A stretch of 64,000 nucleotides of DNA from an uncultured delta proteobacterium (GCA_963704165.1 CAVPHD010000004.1:416001-480000); one strand, 5' to 3'; numbered from the stretch's first letter, positions 29,126 to 42,071 are shown. Notes: generated by a model not told the origin, from the sequence alone. Made by a program: numbers and translations.

Positions 29126-29553
29126 GGAGGTGGACTGTAAGCCGGGTCCTGTTCCGCGCGTCCCTTGCGGGGCGTGCGGCGAGGATCATTCGTCTAGGCC
29201 CGCCGTTGCCGACGGGCTCGAGCACTCAGACCCGGACACCCCTCGAACCCGCGTCTCCGCGGGAAAGAGTTGAGACGGGCCATCTTCGTCGGTGTCCCTA
29301 TTCGAGCTTGCTCCGGGAGGGGTTTGCCTCGCCGCCGGTCACCCGGCTGTCGCGCGTGGGCTCTTACCCCACGATTTCAACCTTACCGCTGCGAACCCTA
29401 AGGCGCGCAGGTTGGCGGTGTGATTTCTGTTGCACTTTCCCTGAGGTCACCCTCGGTGGCCGTTAGCCATCTCCCTGCCCTGTGGAGCCCGGACTTTCCT
29501 CTTCCCGCGCGAGCCCGAAGGCCGGCGCGGGCAGCGATCCTCCATCCACCTCC
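29126..29553 (-). ncRNA. rnpB: RNase P RNA (bacterial type A)
   Basis: GAGGAAAGTCCGGGCTCC, GAAAGTGCAACAG and CCCGGCTTACAG conserved regions; P1 GGAGGTGGA/TCCACCTCC; TATACT upstream at 29563-29568. Confidence 0.96.
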
Positions 29554-29593
29554 AGCGCGGCGAGTATAGTCACGCTCGGGAGGGAGCGCCGGA

Positions 29594-30808
29594 ATGCGAC
29601 GAGCCTTGATCGTGATCGGAATCAGCATCGCCGCCCTGGTGATCGCCTGTCAGGCGTTCTGGCCCGAGCGCTGGGCCGTGAACGTTCCCCTGCGGGGGGA
29701 GATCTTCGGCTCGGAGCCGCCGCCGAAGTCGGAGCTCGAGGCGCGGATGAAGGTTCCCGAGGGCTTCACGTTCGGCCTCTATGCCGACGGCATCCGGAAC
29801 GCGCGCGTCATGCGCTTCACGTCGACCGGCGATCTGCTCGTCTCGTCGCCGCGCGAGGGGAAGGTCTTCCTGCTCGAGCGCGACGCGGATGGCGACGGCC
29901 GCGCCGACGGCACGCGGGTTCTCGTCGAGGGACTCGAGCGTCCGCACGGGCTCGAGATCGTCGGCGACTGGCTCTACGTCGCCGAGGTCGGTGCGATCGT
30001 CCGCGTGCGCTTCGACGCCTCGACTCGCACGGTACGCGGCGAGCGCGAGACCGTGATCGACGCTCTGCCGACCGGCGGCAATCACTGGACCAAGACGATC
30101 GGGCTCGGACCCGACGGCGGGCTCTACGTCTCGATCGGCTCGACCTGCAACGTCTGCCTCGAAGAGGACGAGCGCCGCGCGACGATCGCCCGGATGCAAC
30201 CCGACGGCAGTGGCTTCGAGGTCTTCGCCACCGGGCTGCGGAACTCCGCCGGCTTCGACTGGCGGCCCGCCGATGGCGCCCTCTACGCGACCGACAACGG
30301 CCGCGATCTGCTCGGGGACGACTTCCCGCCCTGCGAGCTGAACCGGATCGAGCGGGGCCGCTTCTACGGTTGGCCGTTCGTGAACGGAATGGGCGTTCGC
30401 GATCCGGACTTCGGCGGCCAGGGTGGCGCACGTGCGGAGGCGGCTTTGTCGCCGGCGCACGGCTTCGGTGCACACACCGCCCCGCTCGGCATGCGCTTCT
30501 ACCGCGGGAATGCCTTCCCGCAGAAGTACCGTGGCCAGGCGTTCGCAGCGCTGCACGGTTCCTGGAACCGCACGACGAAGAGCGGATACAAGATCGTTCT
30601 CCTCGAATGGTCCAAAGACGGCAGTGAGATCTTCGAGTCGGACTTCCTCACCGGATTCGAGGTCGACGAGAACGTGATCGGCCGGCCCGTCGACGTGCAG
30701 GACGGTCCCGACGGCGCGCTCTACGTGTCGGACGACTTCGCGGGCGCGATCTACCGCGTGACGTACGCCGCTGATTTGCAGGAGACGGATCGCTCGCCTA
30801 GACCGTAG
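29594..30808 (+). CDS. PQQ-dependent sugar/sorbosone dehydrogenase family
   Basis: GNHW, YVSIGSTCN, GLRNS, HGSWN, GRPVDV. Confidence 0.9.
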   Translation: MRRALIVIGISIAALVIACQAFWPERWAVNVPLRGEIFGSEPPPKSELEARMKVPEGFTFGLYADGIRNARVMRFTSTGDLLVSSPREGKVFLLERDADGDGRADGTRVLVEGLERPHGLEIVGDWLYVAEVGAIVRVRFDASTRTVRGERETVIDALPTGGNHWTKTIGLGPDGGLYVSIGSTCNVCLEEDERRATIARMQPDGSGFEVFATGLRNSAGFDWRPADGALYATDNGRDLLGDDFPPCELNRIERGRFYGWPFVNGMGVRDPDFGGQGGARAEAALSPAHGFGAHTAPLGMRFYRGNAFPQKYRGQAFAALHGSWNRTTKSGYKIVLLEWSKDGSEIFESDFLTGFEVDENVIGRPVDVQDGPDGALYVSDDFAGAIYRVTYAADLQETDRSPRP

Positions 30809-30867
30809 CCGGAGCCATTCGGAACGCGCGGCTCCTCGCCGATAGGCCACTCATAGGAGTCCTTCGC

Positions 30868-32331
30868 CTGCTCGAGTCACGGATTCGCATTCTGGCTGCG
30901 CTCGTCTGTGCACTCGCGGCGGTGGTCCTCACCGGTGTCGCGCGCGCCGACCTGTCTGTGGAGCTTGCCGACGCGATCGCAGAGACGCGAAGCGCGTACC
31001 CGAAGCTCGTCGAGATCCGCAGCGGAGACCGGTTTCTCGAAAGCGTCGACGACGCTTCGCTCGAAGCGCTGGTCGCGCGCGTCGCGAACGGAGAGTGGGA
31101 CGCGCCGACCGAGTCGGCGATCTGGGTCGTGCTCGAGGGTTTCTCGCGCGAGCAAGGTCCGGCCGGAACTTACGGACGTTCGCTCACGAGCCGGATCGCG
31201 GGCACGGCCGCGGCCGGAGGGAATCGCGACGCCTTGCGCGGAATTTCGCGAATCCTCCGCCGCTTCCTCGAGGACCAGAGCCACGAGTATTCGATCCTCG
31301 CGCAGGGGCTGCTCTCCGAGAAGATCCGCTGTGGCGCGGCATCGCTCTCGGACGACGAGCTCGTGCGACAGATCACCGCCGAGGTGAATCCCGACAAGGA
31401 GCTCGCGCGCGGGACCACGGACGGCACGGTCGCGGATCGCTACGGACTGCACGATCGCGCCGACCTGTTCTCCGTCGCGGCGACCGGCGATCGCGTCGCG
31501 GTCGCGGGCTACTTCGGCAGCGTGATCGTCTCGCACGACGGCGGGAAGACCTGGGCCGCACCGAAGACGGGAACCGACGAGCCGCTCTACGTCGTGGCGT
31601 TCGGAGCGGAGGACGAGATCTGGGCCGCGGGGCGTGCGGGCGTGGTGATCCGTTCCGAAGACGGGGGACGGTCCTGGACGCGACGACCGACCCCGTTCGA
31701 CCGCCACGTCTTCGGTCTGTACGCGTCGGCGCCCGGCGAGGTGCTCGCCGTCGGCGATTACGGGCTCCAGCTCCGCAGCGTCGATGGCGGCGAGAACTGG
31801 GCGTGCATCCCGCGCGAGCAGGACGTGATCCTCGGCCGCATCGCGAAGGCGGGCGACGACGCCGTGACCGCCGGCGAGTTCGGTACGCTCGAGCGCTTGC
31901 CGGGCGGGAATCCGCCGGGTCGGCGCGGTGTGCTCAGCGGTGTGCCGGAGGATCTGTACGTCTTCGACGTGTGGCTCGACGCGTCCGGCCAGGTCGGCAT
32001 CGCCGTCGGGCTCGGCGGCGCCGTCGTGCGCAGCGAGGACGGCGGCGCGAGCTGGACGCGCGTGAAGCTGCCCTTCAAGCAGGATCTCTTCGGAGTGGGC
32101 GGCTTCGGCGCGCGCATCCTGATCTCGGGGGAGGGTGGCTTTCTCGCGCTCTCCGAGGACGCGGGCCGAACCTTCCGTGCGATCGACGCGTCGATCCCGC
32201 CGGTGACGCTCACCGACGTCGAGTTCGCGGACGCGAAGCACGCTTACGCGGTCGGGTCGCGCGGGCTCGTGCTGCGCTCGGACGACGGCGGCGCGAGCTT
32301 CGGGGTCGCGCGCGGTGGAGGCGGGTCGTGA
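30868..32331 (+). CDS. YCF48/BNR-repeat beta-propeller protein with extra N-terminal domain (possible CTG start at 30868; otherwise GTG 30922)
   Basis: Repeated SxDGGxxW boxes; signal peptide complete only from the upstream CTG, which follows AGGAG. Confidence 0.82.
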   Translation: MLESRIRILAALVCALAAVVLTGVARADLSVELADAIAETRSAYPKLVEIRSGDRFLESVDDASLEALVARVANGEWDAPTESAIWVVLEGFSREQGPAGTYGRSLTSRIAGTAAAGGNRDALRGISRILRRFLEDQSHEYSILAQGLLSEKIRCGAASLSDDELVRQITAEVNPDKELARGTTDGTVADRYGLHDRADLFSVAATGDRVAVAGYFGSVIVSHDGGKTWAAPKTGTDEPLYVVAFGAEDEIWAAGRAGVVIRSEDGGRSWTRRPTPFDRHVFGLYASAPGEVLAVGDYGLQLRSVDGGENWACIPREQDVILGRIAKAGDDAVTAGEFGTLERLPGGNPPGRRGVLSGVPEDLYVFDVWLDASGQVGIAVGLGGAVVRSEDGGASWTRVKLPFKQDLFGVGGFGARILISGEGGFLALSEDAGRTFRAIDASIPPVTLTDVEFADAKHAYAVGSRGLVLRSDDGGASFGVARGGGGS

Positions 32332-35060
32332 GCGCCGCCGAGCGATTCTCGAGGTTCTTCGCACGGCGGCGACACTGGTTCGCGGTCGCGATCGTGATCA
32401 TCACGGGGTTTTTCGCCGTGCAGATGCGGCACCTCGAGATCTTCACGCAGTACCTCGATCTGCTCCCGCGCGACCATCCGTTCATCCGCACCTACGAGAC
32501 GTACCGCGACGTCTACGGCAACGCGAACACGGTCGTCGCCGCCGTCGTCGCGCTCGAAGGCGACATCTACCGGCCCGAGATCCTCCGCGCGGTCGCGAAG
32601 CTCACCGAGCGGATGGACTCGTCGGTCGTCGATGCCGAAGTGAACGCGAAGCCCACCAGTGCATCGGTCGAGCCGCGCGGGGCGGTCGAGACGACGGTAC
32701 ACGCGCTCGTGTCCCTGGTCGATCGGGTCCTGCGCACGTCGAGCGCCGAACCGGCCGAGACCGGCGTCGATCACAATCTGGTCACGAGCCTCACGCATCG
32801 CTCGGCGCGCGACTCCCGGGTGCGGCTCGACGGGACGCTCGACTCGCCGCAGCTCGTCGACGAGATCCCGACCGAGATCGAGGAACTCGACGCGCTCCGC
32901 GAGCGCGTGCGGCGCAACCCCTCGGTCTACGGCGTGCTCGTCGCCACGGACGAGAAGGCTGCGCTCGTGCGCGCGAGCTTCGTCGAGACCCGGCTCGACT
33001 ACGGGGCGCTCTTCAAGCACATGCAGGCTTCGAAGCGCCAGATCGAGGCCGAGTTCCCGGTCCGGGTCCACATGACGGGACAGCCGCTGCTCTTCGGCTG
33101 GACGTACGCGTTCGCGACCGAGATCCTGCTGATCTTCGCGCTGACGCTGATCGTCTCGGTGCTCCTGCTCTGGGCCTATTTCCGGCGCATCTACGGCGTC
33201 TTCCTGCCGATGTCGGGCGCGGCGGTGAACGTGGTCTGGGGACTCGGCTTCGCCGCCTGGGCCGGATACAACCTCGACCCGCTCGTTCTCGTCATACCAA
33301 TGCTGATCACCTCGCGCGCGATCAGTCACTCGGTGCAGTTCGTCGAGCGCTTCTACGAGGAGTACGAGGAGCTCGGCGACAAGGACGAGGCGTGCATTCG
33401 ATCGATGGCGGAGCTGCTCCTGCCGGGCACGCTCGGCATTCTCACCGACTGCATCGGTCTCCTGACGATCGCGCTCGCGACGATTCCGATCATGCAGAAG
33501 CTCGGCCTCCTCTGTGCATTCTGGGCCGCGTCGATTCTCGCGACCGAGGTTCTGCTCAATCGGCTCCTGATCCTGTACCTGCCCGCGCCGCGCGAACGTC
33601 GGCACTACGTGCAGCCGCTGGCGGCGCGCATGCTCGGAGCGGCCGCACGGCTCGTCGGATCCCGCACGAGCGCGTTCGCCATCGTCGGCGTCTTCGCCGT
33701 GGTCACCGGCGTCTGTGCGGTGCTCGCGCGCGACGTACCCGTCGGCGAGCATCGCCCGGGCACGCCGATCCTCTATCCCGATTCCGAGTTCAACGTCGCC
33801 GCGCGCGAGATCGGTGCGCGATTCTCCGGACTCGACGACCTGCTCGTGGTCGCGCACTCGAACGTTCCGGGGCGGGTGTACAGCCCGGATTCCTTCAAGC
33901 TGATCGAATCCCTCCAACGCGCGCTCGAGACCGACGAGAACGCGGGCGGGAGCATCTCGCTCGTCGATCTGCAGAAGCAGACGAGCCGCCTCTTCCACAA
34001 CAACGACCCGCGCTTCGCGATGTGGATGCAGACGACCTCGGAGATCTCCGGAATCTCCTATCTGATGGAGACGAGCGTACCCGCTCCGGGCCTTCTCGAT
34101 CCGTACCGGTCGCGCGACGCGCGATCTCTCGCGGTTCGCGTCTTCTATCGAGACCACCGCACGCCCACGGTGGAAGACGCGATCGAACGCCTCGAGCGCT
34201 TCGCCGGCGACGTTCGCCTCGACGGCAGCCTCGCGATCCGGCTGCGTCCCGGAGATCCGGGTTGGCTTCACGCGCTCGACTGGATCGCGCCCATCTTGCC
34301 GCCGGTCGAGCCGAAGCTCGAAGTGACGCTCGCGGGCTCGGCCCCGCAGGCCGTCGACGGTCGACGCTGGCAGGGCCCCGACGGACTCGAGGCCGAGGTG
34401 CGACGTTCCGGCTGGCGCTCGCCCTGGGAGCTCTGGGTCCGCGCCGGCCCGAGTGCCGAGTTCGAGCCGCAGCCGGGGGGCACGTGGCTTCGCGATGGCG
34501 TCGAGCTGCGCTACGCGGCGGGCTCGATCGGGGTGCTCGCCTCGTCGATCGACGAGATCCGCGCCTCGAGCGACGTCAGCATCGCGATCGTCTTCGTCAC
34601 GACGTTCCTGGTGGTGCTGGCGAGCTACCGCTCGCTCGCGATCGCCTTGCTTCTCGTCAGCTCGCTCGCGACGGCGTCGCTCGCCGCGCTGGCGGTGCAG
34701 GCCGTCACGGGCATCGCGATCGACGTGAACACGCTTCCGGTTCAGGCGATCGGCGTCGGGGTCGGGATCGACTACGCCCTGTATCTGGTCGATCGCGTCC
34801 TGCAGGAACGCCCGCGCTTCGCGACGCGGATCGAAGCCGTCCAGCACGCGATCCGCACCACCGGGCTCGCCATCGGCTTCACCGCATCGACCCTGCTCGT
34901 GGGGATCGTCTTCTGGATTCCGATTTCGAGCCTCCGCTTCTCGGCCGAGATGAGCCTTCTGCTCTCGATCCTGATGGGTGTGAATGCGCTCGCGGCCATC
35001 CTGCTGGTGCCGGCGCTGATCGTGCTGCTGCCCGAACGCTGGGCGGGCCGGCTCGCCTAG
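32328..35060 (+). CDS. RND/MMPL-family transporter
   Basis: Two TM clusters, AISHSVQ, GVGVGIDYALY; GTGA overlap with the YCF48 gene. Confidence 0.9.
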   Translation: MSAAERFSRFFARRRHWFAVAIVIITGFFAVQMRHLEIFTQYLDLLPRDHPFIRTYETYRDVYGNANTVVAAVVALEGDIYRPEILRAVAKLTERMDSSVVDAEVNAKPTSASVEPRGAVETTVHALVSLVDRVLRTSSAEPAETGVDHNLVTSLTHRSARDSRVRLDGTLDSPQLVDEIPTEIEELDALRERVRRNPSVYGVLVATDEKAALVRASFVETRLDYGALFKHMQASKRQIEAEFPVRVHMTGQPLLFGWTYAFATEILLIFALTLIVSVLLLWAYFRRIYGVFLPMSGAAVNVVWGLGFAAWAGYNLDPLVLVIPMLITSRAISHSVQFVERFYEEYEELGDKDEACIRSMAELLLPGTLGILTDCIGLLTIALATIPIMQKLGLLCAFWAASILATEVLLNRLLILYLPAPRERRHYVQPLAARMLGAAARLVGSRTSAFAIVGVFAVVTGVCAVLARDVPVGEHRPGTPILYPDSEFNVAAREIGARFSGLDDLLVVAHSNVPGRVYSPDSFKLIESLQRALETDENAGGSISLVDLQKQTSRLFHNNDPRFAMWMQTTSEISGISYLMETSVPAPGLLDPYRSRDARSLAVRVFYRDHRTPTVEDAIERLERFAGDVRLDGSLAIRLRPGDPGWLHALDWIAPILPPVEPKLEVTLAGSAPQAVDGRRWQGPDGLEAEVRRSGWRSPWELWVRAGPSAEFEPQPGGTWLRDGVELRYAAGSIGVLASSIDEIRASSDVSIAIVFVTTFLVVLASYRSLAIALLLVSSLATASLAALAVQAVTGIAIDVNTLPVQAIGVGVGIDYALYLVDRVLQERPRFATRIEAVQHAIRTTGLAIGFTASTLLVGIVFWIPISSLRFSAEMSLLLSILMGVNALAAILLVPALIVLLPERWAGRLA

Positions 35061-35109
35061 GCCGCCCGGTCGCTTTCCATTCCCGTTAGAATCGCCGTCA
35101 GGAGAGTCG

Positions 35110-36696
35110 ATGAACGATCCGGACGGGCGCACGACGTTGCGAGCGGAAGAGGCGGCAGCACACGGGATGACGATCGCGGTGGCGGCTCGCGAAGCGCCCG
35201 ATCGCATGGCCATCCTCTCGGATGCGGGATCGCTGACGTTCGGCGAGCTCAACGCGCGCGCGAACCAGCTCGTGCGCGCGCTCGCGCGGCGCGGGGTCGG
35301 CAAGTCCGATGCGGTCGCACTGCTCTGCTCGAACCGGCCCGAGTTCGCGGTCGCCTACGCGGCCGCGCTCCGCGGCGGACTGCGGCTCACCTGCATCAAC
35401 TGGCACCTGCAGCGCGACGAGATCGCCTACATCGTCGAGAACTGCGAGGCCCGCGCGTTCCTCGCGGACGCGCGATTCGCCGAGACGGCCGCCGACGTCG
35501 CGCAGGGTGCGTCGAAGGCATCGATCCGGCTCGCGATCGCCGGTCCGATCGAGGGCTTCGAGAGCTTCGACGCCGCACTCGCAGCGGAGAGCACGGCCGA
35601 CGTCGAGGCGCCCGTGCTCGGCGGCACGATGCTCTACACCTCGGGAACCACCGGCCGACCCAAGGGCGTGTACCGCCGTCAGGCTCCGCCCGTGACCGGG
35701 CTCGGGCGAGCCATCGCGCAGGTCGCGAAGTACCGACCCGACACCGACCGGATGCTGTGCACCGGGCCGCTCTACCACGCAGCGCCGCTCGCGTTCAATC
35801 TCGCCGCGCCTCTCGCGGCGAGCATCGGAACAGTGCTCATGGACCGCTGGGACGCGGCCACCGCGCTGCGCCTGATCGAGCAGCACCGCGTCACGCACAC
35901 GCACATGGTCGCGACCATGTTCCATCGCTTGCTCTCGCTGCCCGACGACGTGAAGGCACGACACGACGTGTCCTCGCTTCGCGTGCTCCTGCACGGCGCG
36001 GCGCCGACGCCCGTGCACGTGAAGAAGTCGCTGATCGATTGGCTCGGGCCGATCGTCTACGAGTACTACGCCGCCACCGAGGGCGGCGGCACGTTCATCT
36101 CGAGCGAGGAGTGGCTCGCACGTCCGGGTTCGGTCGGTCGGCCCGCCGACGAGGGAAATCTCTCGGTGCGCGACGACGAAGGCCGGGAGGTTTCCGCCGG
36201 CAGCGTCGGAACGATCTGGTTTCGGGCGCCCGCGGTCGGACGCTTCGAGTACTTCGGCGACGAGAAGAAGACGCAGTCGAGCTACGACGGTGACTGGTTC
36301 ACGATGCGCGACATGGGTTACCAGGACGCGGAGGGCTACGTCTTCCTGACGGGCCGCACATCGGAGCTGATCATCTCGGGCGGCGTCAACATCTACCCGG
36401 CCGAGATCGATGCCGTGCTGCTGATGCATCCCGCGGTGGCCGACGCCGCGGCGGTCGGGGTCCCGAACGAGGAGTTCGGCGAAGAGGTCCGCGCCGTCGT
36501 TCAGCTCACCTCCGGCGCCGCGCCGAGCGAGGCGCTCGCGCTCGAGCTGATGGAACACTGTCGTGCGAGGCTCGCGCACTTCAAGTGCCCCCGCGGCGTC
36601 GATTTCGATCCGTCGCTGCCGCGCTCCGAGGCGGGAAAGGTACAGCGCCGCACCATCCGGGAGCGCTACTGGCAGGGCCTCGGGAGGCAGATCTAG
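35110..36696 (+). CDS. Acyl-CoA synthetase (AMP-forming)
   Basis: YTSGTTGRPKG, YYAATEG, ISGGVNIYPAEI, GK. Confidence 0.93.
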   Translation: MNDPDGRTTLRAEEAAAHGMTIAVAAREAPDRMAILSDAGSLTFGELNARANQLVRALARRGVGKSDAVALLCSNRPEFAVAYAAALRGGLRLTCINWHLQRDEIAYIVENCEARAFLADARFAETAADVAQGASKASIRLAIAGPIEGFESFDAALAAESTADVEAPVLGGTMLYTSGTTGRPKGVYRRQAPPVTGLGRAIAQVAKYRPDTDRMLCTGPLYHAAPLAFNLAAPLAASIGTVLMDRWDAATALRLIEQHRVTHTHMVATMFHRLLSLPDDVKARHDVSSLRVLLHGAAPTPVHVKKSLIDWLGPIVYEYYAATEGGGTFISSEEWLARPGSVGRPADEGNLSVRDDEGREVSAGSVGTIWFRAPAVGRFEYFGDEKKTQSSYDGDWFTMRDMGYQDAEGYVFLTGRTSELIISGGVNIYPAEIDAVLLMHPAVADAAAVGVPNEEFGEEVRAVVQLTSGAAPSEALALELMEHCRARLAHFKCPRGVDFDPSLPRSEAGKVQRRTIRERYWQGLGRQI

Positions 36697-38050
36697 ATGG
36701 GGGCGACGACCGCGATCCGCCGCGCGCTGCTGACCGTGCTCGCGCTCGTTCCGTTCGTCGGGCGCGCCGCGGACCTGCCGCCCGGGCGCTGGACGATCGT
36801 GCAGTGCGGCTCCGTGCTGCTCGTCCCCGGAGAGCCGGCGCGAACTGCGACGACGCTCGTGATCCACGACGGGAAGATCGTCGAGATCCTGCCGGGGATC
36901 GTCGGCGCCGATGCGATCATGTCGGGCAAGACCGGCACACCCGAGGTGCTGGATCTCGGCGACGCCTTCGTGATGCCGGGGCTGATCGACGCGCACGTGC
37001 ACCTCACGTTCGAGTTCGACGCCGACACCCGCGTGCGCCGCGTGACCGAGGACGAAGCCACGGCCGCGCTACGCGGTTCGGTGTACGCCCGCAAGACGCT
37101 CGAAGCGGGGTTCACGTCGGTGCGGGACCTGGGCGGCGGGCCGGCGGTCTTCGCGCTGCGCGACGCGATCGCCTCGGGCCGGATTCCCGGGCCGCGAATG
37201 GTCGTGGCGGGCTACGCGATCTCGCCCACCGGCGGGCACGGGGACCGGACCAACGGCTACCGCGAAGACCTCTTCGACGAGCCCGGAGCGTATCTCGGCA
37301 TCGCGGACGGTCCGTTCGAGGCGCGAAAGGCGGTCCGCGCGCAGGTCAAGCGCGGCGCCGACCTGATCAAGCTGACCGCGACCGGCGGCGTGCTCTCCAA
37401 CACGAGCGCGGGCACGGAGGTGCAGTTCAAGGACGACGAGCTCGTCCGAGATCGTCAGCACGGCGCACATGCTCGGCCGCAAGGTCGCGGCCCACGCTCA
37501 CGGGACCAACGGCGTGAACGCCGCCCTGCGAGCCGGGGTCGACTCGATCGACCACGGGACGTTTCTCGACGCCACGTCGATCGATCTCTTCAAGAAGACG
37601 GGCGCCTGGTACGTGCCGACGGTGACGGCGGGCAAGACCGTCGCGGAGCGCGTGAAGCTGCCCGGGTTCTATCCGCCCGCCGTCGCGGAGAAGGCGCGAC
37701 TCGTCGGCCCGCAGGTCCAGGACGCGCTTCGCCGTGCCCACCAGGGTGGGGTCAAGATCGCATTCGGCACCGATGCGGGCGTGTTCCCGCACGGCGAGAA
37801 CGCGCGCGAGTTCGGCTACATGGTCGAGGCCGGTCTCACGCCGATGGATGTGCTGCGCGCGGCGACGGTCGGATCGGCGAGCCTGCTCGGCATCGAGTCC
37901 GAGGTCGGCACGCTCGAGGTCGGTAAGCAGGCCGACCTGATCGCGACGCGGCGCACCGCCCTCGTCGACGTCACCGAGCTTCTGCGCCCGGTCTTCGTGA
38001 TGCGCAACGGCATCGTCTACAAGCGCAAGTCGGGCGGGGGCGGGACGTGA
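36697..38050 (+). CDS. Amidohydrolase family protein (+1 frameshift near 37447)
   Basis: [17 protein letters not shown] in the first frame; AAHAHG, SIDHG, FGTDAG in the second frame. Confidence 0.88.
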
Positions 38051-38670
38051 TCGTCGCGTGTCTCGATCTCGAGGGCGTGCTGGTGCCCGAAATCTGGATC
38101 AACGTCGCCGAGCGCACCGGCATCGCCGAGCTGCGCCGAACGACGCGCGACGAGCCGGACTACGACAAGCTGATGCGGGCGAGGCTCGAGATCCTCGACC
38201 GGCATCGGCTCGGACTCCGCGAGATCCAGGAGGTGATCGCGACGCTCGAGCCGTTGCCGGGCGCGCCCGACTTCCTGAATCGTCTGCGCGAGCGCCATCA
38301 GGTGCTGATCCTCTCCGACACCTTCTACGATTTCGCGAAGCCCCTGATGCGAAAGCTCGGCTTCCCGACGCTGTTCGCGCACGACCTCGTCGTGGAGACG
38401 TCCGGTCGCATCTCCGGCTACCGGCTGCGCATGCCCGACCAGAAGCGCCAGAGCGTCGAACATCTTCGCGCGCTCGCCTTCCACGTGATCGCCGCGGGCG
38501 ACAGCTACAACGACACGACCATGCTCTCGGCCGCGCACGCGGGCATCCTGTTCCGCCCACCGGCGAACGTGATCGCGGAGTTCCCGCAGTTCCCGGTCAC
38601 GCGCGAGTACGCCGAGCTCGAGCGCGCCTTCGAAGACGCGGCTCGTCTCGTTGCGACGCCCGCGACGTAG
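38047..38670 (+). CDS. thrH: Phosphoserine phosphatase/homoserine phosphotransferase
   Basis: [36 protein letters not shown]. Confidence 0.95.
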   Translation: MIVACLDLEGVLVPEIWINVAERTGIAELRRTTRDEPDYDKLMRARLEILDRHRLGLREIQEVIATLEPLPGAPDFLNRLRERHQVLILSDTFYDFAKPLMRKLGFPTLFAHDLVVETSGRISGYRLRMPDQKRQSVEHLRALAFHVIAAGDSYNDTTMLSAAHAGILFRPPANVIAEFPQFPVTREYAELERAFEDAARLVATPAT

Positions 38671-38704
38671 CGCCTATACTGCGCCGCGCCGAGGAGGATC
38701 CCCG

Positions 38705-39954
38705 ATGTCCGACGCCCCGCTGGTACGCCAGCCTGGCTCCCTGATTCGCAAGCGCCGCGACGGAACACTCGAGGTTCCCGACAACCCGACGATCGCCTAC
38801 GTCGAGGGTGACGGCACGGGCCGTGACATCTGGAAGGCCTCGGTTCGGGTCTTCGACGCGGCCGTGGCGAAGGCGTATCGCCGGCCGACGCAAGATCGGC
38901 TGGCACGAGATGCTCGCCGGACAGAAGGCCTACGACCGGACGAAGAACTGGCTCCCCGACGAGACGGTCGAGACGTTTCGCGAAGTGCCTGGTCGGGATC
39001 AAGGGTCCGCTCACGACGCCGATCGGCGGTGGCATCCGCAGCCTGAACGTCGCCCTGCGCCAGATGCTCGACCTGTACGTCTGCCTGCGGCCGGTGCGCT
39101 GGTACGAGGGTGTGCCGAGCCCGGTCAAGCATCCCGAGCTCGTCGACATGGTCATCTTCCGCGAGAACACCGAGGACATCTACGCCGGCGTCGAGTGGCG
39201 AGCGGGCTCGGCGGACGCGAAGAAGCTGATCGCGTTCCTGCAGAAGAAGATGGGCGTCAAGGAAATCCGCTTCCCGGCGACGAGCGGCATCGGCATCAAG
39301 CCGATCTCACGTCAGGGCACGGAGCGTCTCGTGCGCGCGGCTCTCGACTACGCGATCGAGCACAAGCGCAAGTCGGTGACGCTGGTGCACAAGGGCAACA
39401 TCATGAAGTTCACCGAAGGCGCGTTCCGGGACTGGGGCTACAAGCTGGTCAAGAAGGAATACGCCGGGCGTGCGATCGGCTGGGACGACTGCGACGGCAA
39501 GCCGCCGAGCGGCCAGGTGCTGGTGAAGGACTCGATCGCCGACATCACGCTGCAGCAGGTGCTCACCCGCCCCGACGAGTTCGACGTGATCGCCACGATG
39601 AACTTGAACGGCGACTACCTGTCGGACGCGCTCGCGGCGCAGGTCGGCGGCATCGGAATCGCGCCGGGCGCGAACATCAACTACAAGACCGGGCACGGCA
39701 TCTTCGAGGCCACGCACGGAACGGCGCCGAAGTACGCCGACCAGGACAAGGTGAATCCGAGCTCCGTGATCCTCTCCGGCGTCATGATGCTCGATCACAT
39801 CGGCTGGGGCGCCGCCGCGCGGCTGATCGACCGTGGCATCTCGCGCGCGATCACGCAGAAGCGAGTGACCTACGATTTCCACCGCCTGATGGATGGCGCC
39901 AAGCTCCTGAAGTGCTCGGAGTTCGGCGACGCCATCATCGAGAACATGGAGTGA
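38705..39954 (+). CDS. icd: NADP-dependent isocitrate dehydrogenase (2 frameshifts)
   Basis: [41 protein letters not shown] across three frames. Confidence 0.93.
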
Positions 39955-39958
39955 GCGC

Positions 39959-40890
39959 GTGAAGCGACCGAAGATCTCTCTCGATCGGCGCCGGAAACAT
40001 CGGCGGCGTGCAGGCCCAGCTGATCGCGCAGCGGCAGCTCGGCGACGTGGTGCTGCTCGACGTCGTCGAAGGTGTCCCGCAGGGCAAGGTGCTCGACATC
40101 GACCACGCGCTCGACGGTTGGGGCTCGAACGTCCGCGTCGTCGGTACGAACGACTACAAGGACACGGCCGGATCCGATCTGTACATCGTCACGGCCGGGC
40201 ATCGCGCGCAAGCCCGGCATGTCGCGCGACGATCTGCTGAACACGAACCTCGGGATCATCAAGAGCGTCGCGAAGGGCATCAAGGACAACTCGCCCGACG
40301 CCATCGTGATCGTCGTCAGCAATCCGCTCGACGCGATGGTCTACGCGATGAAGGAGCTGACGGGCTTTCCGAAGCAGCGCGTCGTCGGCATGGCGGGGGT
40401 GCTCGACTCGGCACGTTTCCGCTTCTTCGTCGCGCAGGAGCTCGGCGTGGCGGTACAGGACGTGGTCGCGCTCGTGCTCGGCGGCCACGGAGACACGATG
40501 GTGCCGCTGCCGCGCCTCTCGAGCGTGAACGGCATTCCGCTGCAGTCGCTGCTCTCGAAGGAGAAGCTCGCGGCGATCGTGAAGCGCGTGCAGGATGCGG
40601 GCGGCGAGATCGTCGGTCTGCTCAAGACCGGCTCCGCGTTCGTGTCGCCCGCGGCCGCGTCGGTGACGATGGCCGAGGCGATCCTTCGCGACCAGAAGCG
40701 CGTGCTCGCCTGCGCAGCGTACCTCGACGGCGAGTACGGCGCGCGCGGCATCTACATGGGCGTTCCGGTCCTGCTCGGGTCACGCGGCGTCGAGAAGATC
40801 TTCGAACTCGATCTTCTCCCCGACGAGAAGGCGGAGGTCGCGAAGTCGATCGACCACGTGAAGAAGCTCGTCGCCGACATCAAGCTCTGA
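39959..40890 (+). CDS. mdh: Malate dehydrogenase (2 frameshifts)
   Basis: [33 protein letters not shown]. Confidence 0.93.
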
Positions 40891-40906
40891 GCGGAGAGAC
40901 CCCCCC

Positions 40907-42067
<1,161 letters not shown>

Positions 42068-42071
<4 letters not shown>

